Part shown: piece by piece, positions 7,838 to 12,900 of the stretch
Layout of the letters: each line of letters begins with the position of its first letter
Numbering within the stretch: the first letter of the stretch is position 1
Assembly (NCBI GenBank): GCA_964549295.1
Contig: CAZJUU010000017.1
Coordinates: forward strand, 1-12,900
Origin: an uncultured Candidatus Bathyarchaeia archaeon
GTDB taxonomy: Archaea > Thermoproteota > Bathyarchaeia > 40CM-2-53-6 > CAVXDP01
Direction of reading: 5' to 3'
Length of the DNA: 12,900 nt
The notes under the pieces: model-generated
The model's input: the letters and a program-made list of their open reading frames with translations, nothing else
Databases searched by the model: none
Told to the model about the DNA's origin: nothing
Translations under genes and position numbers: made by a program

Positions 7838-8356
7838 TTGATGAAGAATCGGATGGGATTCCTTGGATGCTTTGAACGCAATCCGAAAAAGATGCAGCCG
7901 TCAAAGTATCAACCTCGGCGTGTTTCAAGAGAATTGATTAAGAAAGTGGTTGACACAGGGAGGTTGGCGCCAACTGCATGGGGGAAACAGCCTTGGCAGT
8001 TCGTTGTAGTAACTGATGCCGATATGAAAAGTAGAATCGCGGGCATTACTGACTAGGGTAAGTCCATCAAGAACGCGCCGGCATGCATAGCTGTGTTTTG
8101 CGAAGACACAAAGTTCTATCTTGAGGATGGCTGTGCAGCTACGGAAAACATGTTAGTAGCGGCAACGGCGCTTGGGCTTGGGACTTGCTGGGTGGCTGGA
8201 GACAAGAAAGACTACGCCGACACTGTGCGTGAGTTATTGGCAGTGCCATCCTCATACAGACTGGTATCTCTAATTCCCATAGGATACGCCCGTTCTAGGC
8301 CTCAGCCTAGGCATAAGCGGGCTCTCAGAGACCTACTCCACTGGGAAAAGTATTGA
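7838..8356 (+). pseudogene. Small nitroreductase-superfamily gene disrupted by an in-frame TAG and an apparent 1-nt frameshift
   Basis: Track ORFs 7838..8056 and 8093..8356 are in the same frame, since 8093-7838 = 255. They are separated only by TAG at 8054..8056. Read-through gives a continuous nitroreductase core: ...RLAPTAWGKQPWQFVVVTDADMKSRIAGITD*GKSIKNAPACIAVFCED...LGLGTCWVAGD...LIPIGY. In addition, the canonical N-terminal helix is encoded in the +1 frame: TTG 7863, MDALNAIRKRCSRQ. It joins KYQPRRVSRELIKKVVD only if one A is added to the A3 run at 7903..7905. Confidence 0.7.
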
Positions 8357-8437
8357 TCATCCTGATCTGAACTGGCTGAATCACTCATGAGGATATGATT
8401 CTCGGAATTCAGTTGGTGATGGAAGAGATTGGGTCAG

Positions 8438-9130
8438 CTAGAGTCTTCTAATACGGTCAGTCAGGCTGATTTTGAAAAGATAGTCTCTCGTCCCGCTACG
8501 TACTGGAAATGAAAGGAACTCTCTAAGATGATCCGGAGTATCAATGTCTAGAGATACTCTTTCCAACCTGAGAATTCGGGTGGACGTTTTGTGAGACTCG
8601 GCAAGGTTCAGATGTGATTGAAAACTGTTCGGTCCAAAAGTCGTCGGAATAATATTGGGAGGCGTTAGCATAAGCGCATTTGTTCCCATTTCGTCTCTCG
8701 AGGGTACGATTACAACTCCATCATTTGAACTCGCTCGAATGATCAACTCAACATCGCTCCTGTCTATTAGTGGGATGTCTGCTGGCAGAATCAGCAGAGA
8801 ACCAGCTGCGTTCTGGACAGCATAGTCAACAGCGATCTTGAGCGCCGGATTGAGACCTTGACAATCCACTTCTTCAATTATCTCAATCATCTGATGACAG
8901 AGACTTACTAGAGAATCAGCATTGGGTGAAACCACCAATATTCGATTGACCAAGCTTGTTTGAGTGACAGCGTTCAAGACATCGGACAACATCACAGATA
9001 CAAGATTCTTTCTTTCTTCCAGACTCAGAATAGATGATAACCGACTCTTGGATTCCGAGAGTTCCTTGACAGGAATTGCCACGAAAACGCTGGCTAACTT
9101 GGTCAACCACCGTTCAAAAGCACAATTCAC
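8438..9130 (-). CDS. cofC: 2-phospho-L-lactate / PEP guanylyltransferase of F420 biosynthesis (CofC / FbiD family)
   Basis: 230 aa. Contains VAIPVKELSESKSRLSSILSLEERKNLVSVMLSDVL, then LLILPADIPLI, GTNALML and SLDIDTPDHL. This matches the remembered CofC pattern (IPVK..K.RL, PADIPL, GTN, DIDTPEDL). The GTG start overlaps the cofD stop (GTGA). Downstream in-frame TTG and GTG starts just before VAIPVK are possible. The stop codon is TAG. Confidence 0.85.
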   Translation of the reverse strand: MNCAFERWLTKLASVFVAIPVKELSESKSRLSSILSLEERKNLVSVMLSDVLNAVTQTSLVNRILVVSPNADSLVSLCHQMIEIIEEVDCQGLNPALKIAVDYAVQNAAGSLLILPADIPLIDRSDVELIIRASSNDGVVIVPSRDEMGTNALMLTPPNIIPTTFGPNSFQSHLNLAESHKTSTRILRLERVSLDIDTPDHLREFLSFPVRSGTRDYLFKISLTDRIRRL

Positions 9131-10053
9131 TCAAACGCCAGGTCTAAGCACACTTTTGCAAGGTTCTCTTTGTCTTGAAGACTCTTCATCAAACTATTGG
9201 TTGCAACGACCTTCAATCCGAGGCCTTCTACGCGGGGTTTCTGGTCTTTGTCCAGCGTGTCCAAGACGAATCCGTCCAAAAAGTCTTGGTACATTTGAGC
9301 GACGCCAAATGATGAAACTTCCAATCCGAGCGCTTGCATCATTCGGTCTGCGGGGCCCCTGATTGCTGATCCTCTGATGATTGGACTTACTGCAACAATC
9401 CTAGCCTTAGACGTTTTCAAGGCATATCTCATACCTCGAAGCGCAAGTATTGGACCTATACTTACGAGAGGATTGCTTGGCGCAAGTATAACCGCCTGAG
9501 CATCTTGAATGGAACTAATCACGTTGGGTCCGGGATTGGCTTGTTCTATCCCAGCAAACCTAATTGACTCAACAGTACCTTTCATCTGTTTCTTGACTAG
9601 GTACTCTTCAAAGTGTACTTCTCCATCGTCAGTCATTATTCTGGTTTCCACTGGTTCATCGGTCATCGGAAGAATCGTAGTCCTCAACCCTAGAGTCTTT
9701 GAAAGTTGTTCTGTCACTTGTGAGAGCTTAGATCCTTTTCGAAGTTGGTTCGTTCTGAAGATGTGAGTGGCAAGATCGCGGTCTCCAAGTCTAAGCCATG
9801 TTTCGCAGCCAAATCGGTCAAGGACTTCTTGGCAATAAAACGTGTCTTGTTTGATGCCCCATCCTTTCTCTTCGTCCACGATTCCGGCCAAGGTGTACAT
9901 GACTATGTCTATATCCGGCGATATGTGGAGCCCGTAGAGTTCAATGTCATCTGCAGTATTGCTAATTATGATGATCTCTTCTTGTGGACGTACCCTTACT
10001 AGGCCCTGAAGAAAACGTGCTGCTCCAACGCCCCCCGCGAGTACAGTTATCAA
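9127..10053 (-). CDS. cofD: LPPG:FO 2-phospho-L-lactate transferase (F420-0 synthase)
   Basis: 308 aa. The diagnostic N-terminus is ITVLAGGVGAARFLQGL, with a later ILAPSNPLVSIGPIL motif. The start is TTG; an upstream in-frame TAG excludes a longer ORF. A GGTGA RBS lies 4 nt upstream and overlaps the preceding gene's TGA. Confidence 0.93.
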   Translation of the reverse strand: MITVLAGGVGAARFLQGLVRVRPQEEIIIISNTADDIELYGLHISPDIDIVMYTLAGIVDEEKGWGIKQDTFYCQEVLDRFGCETWLRLGDRDLATHIFRTNQLRKGSKLSQVTEQLSKTLGLRTTILPMTDEPVETRIMTDDGEVHFEEYLVKKQMKGTVESIRFAGIEQANPGPNVISSIQDAQAVILAPSNPLVSIGPILALRGMRYALKTSKARIVAVSPIIRGSAIRGPADRMMQALGLEVSSFGVAQMYQDFLDGFVLDTLDKDQKPRVEGLGLKVVATNSLMKSLQDKENLAKVCLDLAFE

Positions 10054-10057
10054 GTGT

Positions 10058-10726
10058 TCACCAACGGTCTATGTGAACGATTTCTGCAGATGGTCTTCTT
10101 GATGGCGCTTCGATTGACCCCTCGAAGTATCCAAGTAGAACGAGAGCTTGTGGTTCAATATAGTCAGGAATTCCAAGAGCTTTTCTTACCCTTTCTTGAC
10201 AGAAGAGGGGGGCGCACATCCAGCATGAACCGAGATTCAGTACATGGGCAGTTAAGAGAAGATTCTGAATGGCCGCTGCGACACTTTGAACCGCCATGGT
10301 ATGCTCACACTCATACTTTTTGCTATCGGTGTACTTTTGCAGATGCTCTGTCGTAAGACAAATTACTAAGACAACCGGAGCGTTTGATATTCTATCGATG
10401 GACGATGCAATTCGGATTTCATGTTCATTGCTTGCCTTCAACTCAAGTTTAAGGTCTTTTCTCCACGCCGCCGCCATGCTCTCCGCCAGTCTTCGCTTCG
10501 TTGACTTGTCTTTGATTATGACAAAACTCCACGGTTGCAAATTATGAGCTGAGGGAGCCCAAGTCGCAGATTCAATGATCTGGTTCAGAACCCCGTCCTG
10601 TATGGGTTTGTCAATGAACTTCTGTTTTATGCTTCGCCTTGTTTTGATCGCATCTATGACCCCTTGCAAAACGAAAACCACCAGCACATTGCACAGATCA
10701 ACTCTCTCCGTCTTACATGTTAACAT
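10058..10726 (-). CDS. Stand-alone nitroreductase-superfamily flavoprotein, FbiB-C-terminal-domain-like (candidate dehydro-F420-0 reductase)
   Basis: 222 aa. Nitroreductase hallmarks are AIKTRRSIKQKF, WAPSAHNLQPWSFVII, HVLNLGSCWM and ALVLLGY. There is a long middle insertion (AAAWRKDLKLELKASNEHEIRIASSIDR...) which, from memory, resembles the FbiB C-terminal domain rather than small NfsA/B-type enzymes. Its stop is 4 nt from the cofD start, and its ATG is 6 nt after the preceding gene's TAG. Confidence 0.75.
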   Translation of the reverse strand: MLTCKTERVDLCNVLVVFVLQGVIDAIKTRRSIKQKFIDKPIQDGVLNQIIESATWAPSAHNLQPWSFVIIKDKSTKRRLAESMAAAWRKDLKLELKASNEHEIRIASSIDRISNAPVVLVICLTTEHLQKYTDSKKYECEHTMAVQSVAAAIQNLLLTAHVLNLGSCWMCAPLFCQERVRKALGIPDYIEPQALVLLGYFEGSIEAPSRRPSAEIVHIDRW

Positions 10727-10732
10727 GTTCCT

Positions 10733-11359
10733 CTACATGCCCAGCAGTAAAAGGTCCATACAAAATCCTGAGCCTATCGGAACTATGACATTCTCCAACT
10801 TTCCCGTATCAAACGACTCGGCAATTGTGCCTACAACTGAACCAAGAACAGCTACGATAGGGTTAACAAAAATCAGAGTCGTCATGAGACTAGACAAGAA
10901 GAAAGCTGTTGAGCCTTCAACGGTCTTATTTCTATTGTGAGGTAATACATGTCGTCCACATTTCGTGCCTACTAGAGAAGAAAAACCATCGCCAACCGTT
11001 AGAACAGCTATTGTTGCGTAATTTATGGGTTCAGGAAACACGTTGAGTGCGATTAGTATTCCCGCAGCATAGGAGATCGGGCAAAGAATCCAGGTTGATA
11101 ATTCTTCTCTACGCGCAGAAAAGTTCGTTATCGTTGTGATAATTGGAAGATGTCTGTTGTGGAGTCTAAAATATTCAGAAATGATGTAGACGGCAATCAG
11201 TAAGAATAGTATCAATGTTACGGCAGTTGTTCCGATGACTCTCGTGAGAACTACTGTAAGGATTCCAGAAATGTGGATTAGTCTTCTCAACAGCTCCAAT
11301 TGTTCTCCGTGTCCGATCACGAGAAAAAGCTGAGGGGGAGGTATTAACTCCCCGATCAT
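10733..11359 (-). CDS. Integral membrane CTP-dependent polyprenol (dolichol) kinase / phosphatidate cytidylyltransferase-family protein
   Basis: The likely product is 208 aa starting at ATG 11359..11357 (MIGELIPPPQLFLVIGHG...), which overlaps the permease stop as ATGA. It has multiple hydrophobic helices. The family C-terminal motif is present: LTVGDGFSSLVGTKCGRHVLPHNRNKTVEGSTAFFLSS (D..A/S..G...G....KT.EGS). The 126 extra N-terminal residues of the 334-aa track ORF lie inside the permease gene in another frame. They are R/H/N-rich and non-protein-like. The stop codon is TAG. Confidence 0.7.
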   Translation of the reverse strand: MIGELIPPPQLFLVIGHGEQLELLRRLIHISGILTVVLTRVIGTTAVTLILFLLIAVYIISEYFRLHNRHLPIITTITNFSARREELSTWILCPISYAAGILIALNVFPEPINYATIAVLTVGDGFSSLVGTKCGRHVLPHNRNKTVEGSTAFFLSSLMTTLIFVNPIVAVLGSVVGTIAESFDTGKLENVIVPIGSGFCMDLLLLGM

Positions 11360-12900
11360 TCTGGGGGTATTTCTTTGAATGTTAGCCCTAAGGGTAATCC
11401 TTTGTGTGCGTTGTATGCGGCTGAAATACCGTATATTATTAGACCGATCGCGAATGTTCCGAGTGTGAATCCGAATATTGAATAGTCCAGCTGACCTACG
11501 AATGCGGGTCCAATGCTTGCATATCCCAACCATACTGAGATGATTATAGTTAGGACACCGAGGATTGACAGCACCGGTACAGGTCCAATTTTTCGTTTCA
11601 CTATGTCTGGCGACTTCTCGAAAATGTCTTTGCGTTTCATCGGGAATATGATGGCCGATATACCGCAAATGGATTGCATTATCATCCATCCGAAGACCAG
11701 ATAGGAGAAGAATGACATGACTGTTGTGTATATCCACAGTATCTGATAGATTATTGCCACAATTACGGTTATGACCAATGCCACGTAAGGAGTGTTGAAT
11801 CGACGATCTATTTTGGCTATTGCAGTCGGTAGCACTCTGTCAAAGGACCATGCGAAGAGCAGTCTAACCGCGATGAACATGTAGGTTAGCCCAGCTGACA
11901 GTGGCATAAAAGACCACCCTATGTACATCAATGCAGCAACTGTGGGGTCTCTGGTGACGTACATGAAGAGGTAGGTGAAGAATGGTAACATGGGTAGATT
12001 GTAGCTTGGGTCTTCGATCACGGCTAGGTATGAGATCGCTCCGATAAGGTCTCCTCCAATGGAATAGTATGCAGTGGCGTAGGCAATCCAAGTTAAGAAT
12101 CCGAATATGATCGCGCTTCCCACGATAGCCAATAGCTGTGTTCGGCGTACATCCTTCATCTCCCCCGAGATGTAGACTGACGAGGTAAAACCTAGGAAAT
12201 TGATGAAAGTGAACTGTACGCCTAGCATTGTTGCTTGTATGTTCAGGCCAGGCCAACCATTGCTGATGGCTGTCTGGATGACTTCACTGTAGTTCATTCC
12301 ACTGAACTGGTCAAAGTTCGACTGGAATCCCATTGGACCCGCTGCCAAACACGATACTGCAAAAACGGCTAATCCCATGAGTATCATTGCGAAAGAAGCA
12401 ATGCAGGCCTTCATAGCAACTCTTGCTCCAAAGGCAATTAGAAGAGCGCAGCCAAGATAGTATAGCATCGAAAGTGCGAACTTGAATTCAGGGGTTGCGA
12501 CAACCGCGATCGTGGAGGTATTTCCAGTCATCATGAGGTAAGGCGTTACTGCAAAGTCAATTATCCATGGAATCTCCGTTCCCACAAGACTCAGAACGTT
12601 GATGAAGAGGAAGAAGTTTATCATGAAGCCAATTGCTGGATGTATTACTCTGCTGACCCAAACATAGTCTCCTCCTGACCGAGGCATGGAAATAGAATAG
12701 ATAGCGTAAAAGAGGCCAATTATGATGGCAAGAGGTATCGAAAGCAAAGCCGTCAAAGGTAGATCTGTTCCAGGGAATATCACGGAGGCCCAGACGCCGT
12801 AGATGAAGACTGACATTGGTGCCATGAAAACTATGTTATAGATTAGTGCGTCAGTTCCAGATATGCTTCTGATGAGGCCCGAAGCTTTTCTTGCAAACAC
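11356..12900 (-). CDS. APC-superfamily (amino acid/polyamine/organocation) permease. The N-terminus lies at or just beyond the right window edge.
   Basis: At least 514 aa and highly hydrophobic, with roughly 12 or more helices. It carries the APC-type motif SMPRSGGDYVWVSR after TM2. The track start at 12900 is a GTG at the very edge, so the true start may lie outside the window. Confidence 0.85.
   Translation of the reverse strand: MFARKASGLIRSISGTDALIYNIVFMAPMSVFIYGVWASVIFPGTDLPLTALLSIPLAIIIGLFYAIYSISMPRSGGDYVWVSRVIHPAIGFMINFFLFINVLSLVGTEIPWIIDFAVTPYLMMTGNTSTIAVVATPEFKFALSMLYYLGCALLIAFGARVAMKACIASFAMILMGLAVFAVSCLAAGPMGFQSNFDQFSGMNYSEVIQTAISNGWPGLNIQATMLGVQFTFINFLGFTSSVYISGEMKDVRRTQLLAIVGSAIIFGFLTWIAYATAYYSIGGDLIGAISYLAVIEDPSYNLPMLPFFTYLFMYVTRDPTVAALMYIGWSFMPLSAGLTYMFIAVRLLFAWSFDRVLPTAIAKIDRRFNTPYVALVITVIVAIIYQILWIYTTVMSFFSYLVFGWMIMQSICGISAIIFPMKRKDIFEKSPDIVKRKIGPVPVLSILGVLTIIISVWLGYASIGPAFVGQLDYSIFGFTLGTFAIGLIIYGISAAYNAHKGLPLGLTFKEIPPE

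Noticed and set aside
8054-8056. In-frame TAG as a pyrrolysine codon or genome-wide amber reassignment
   Set aside because: Four other genes in this window terminate with TAG at positions matching full-length family members: argG, the isochorismatase-family gene, cofC and the kinase-like gene. Nitroreductases are not a known Pyl-protein family. The same gene also carries an apparent frameshift. This remains only as an alternative within the pseudogene finding.
8357-8437. Possible terminator hairpins in the convergent gap between the nitroreductase pseudogene and cofC (TCATCCT...AGGATATGA; CTGAAC...GAATTCAG)
   Set aside because: The stems are short and imperfect, and no T-run follows on either strand. 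They cannot be supported as terminators by eye.
8964-9362. Antisense and alternate-frame track ORFs inside well-supported genes. Examples: 1653..1862, 1694..1906, 2058..2435, 2194..2457, 2752..2994, 2768..3028, 3767..4036, 3942..4175, 4298..4538, 4823..5005, 5310..5492, 5954..6270, 7316..7800, 8916..9110, 8964..9362, 9509..10002, 10054..10356, 10296..10547, 10575..10940, 11513..11704, 11864..12256.
   Set aside because: Each is fully embedded in, or largely overlaps, a gene with strong family motifs. Their translations are low-complexity, Cys/Arg/Ser-rich or otherwise show no recognisable domain. They are typical shadow ORFs.
11360-11737. N-terminal 126 residues of the 334-aa track ORF 10733..11737
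   Set aside because: This part lies entirely inside the APC permease gene in a different frame. It is R/H/N/I-rich with no helices or motifs. A clean ATGA start/stop overlap at 11356..11359 gives a 208-aa protein that begins right before the first hydrophobic helix.
1-12900. Mobile elements, CRISPR arrays, defence systems and toxin-antitoxin pairs
   Set aside because: No repeat-spacer periodicity, terminal inverted repeats, or transposase, integrase, nuclease or ATPase-like ORFs were seen. Every long ORF is accounted for by a metabolic, transport or RNA-processing family.

Overview
Gene-dense chromosomal window with no rRNA, tRNA, CRISPR array, transposase or integrase. It holds 12 apparently intact protein-coding genes plus one damaged gene. 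The content looks archaeal, which is an inference from gene content and start-site style: cofC/cofD, an AmmeMemoRadiSam-type radical SAM enzyme, a dolichol-kinase-family membrane protein, and GGTGA-type ribosome-binding sites mostly at operon-internal genes.

There are four blocks:
(1) 1-2987, minus strand: a radical SAM -> GT2 -> GT-C membrane glycosyltransferase operon. The GT-C gene is absent from the supplied ORF track because it runs off the left edge; I translated it by hand.
(2) 3192-6672, plus strand: argH, argG and an isochorismatase-family cysteine hydrolase.
(3) 6789-8356: RNase Z on the minus strand, divergent from a small nitroreductase gene that carries both an in-frame TAG and an apparent 1-nt frameshift.
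(4) 8438-12900, minus strand: a five-gene, almost gapless operon of APC permease -> polyprenol/dolichol-kinase-like membrane protein -> stand-alone nitroreductase -> cofD -> cofC.

The most interesting signal is block 4. A free-standing nitroreductase-fold gene sits 4 nt upstream of cofD-cofC. That position suggests a split dehydro-F420-0 reductase, i.e. a PEP-dependent F420 route. It is co-transcribed with two membrane proteins that have no known role in F420 synthesis. All family assignments rest on motifs read by eye and remembered family consensus, not on database searches.
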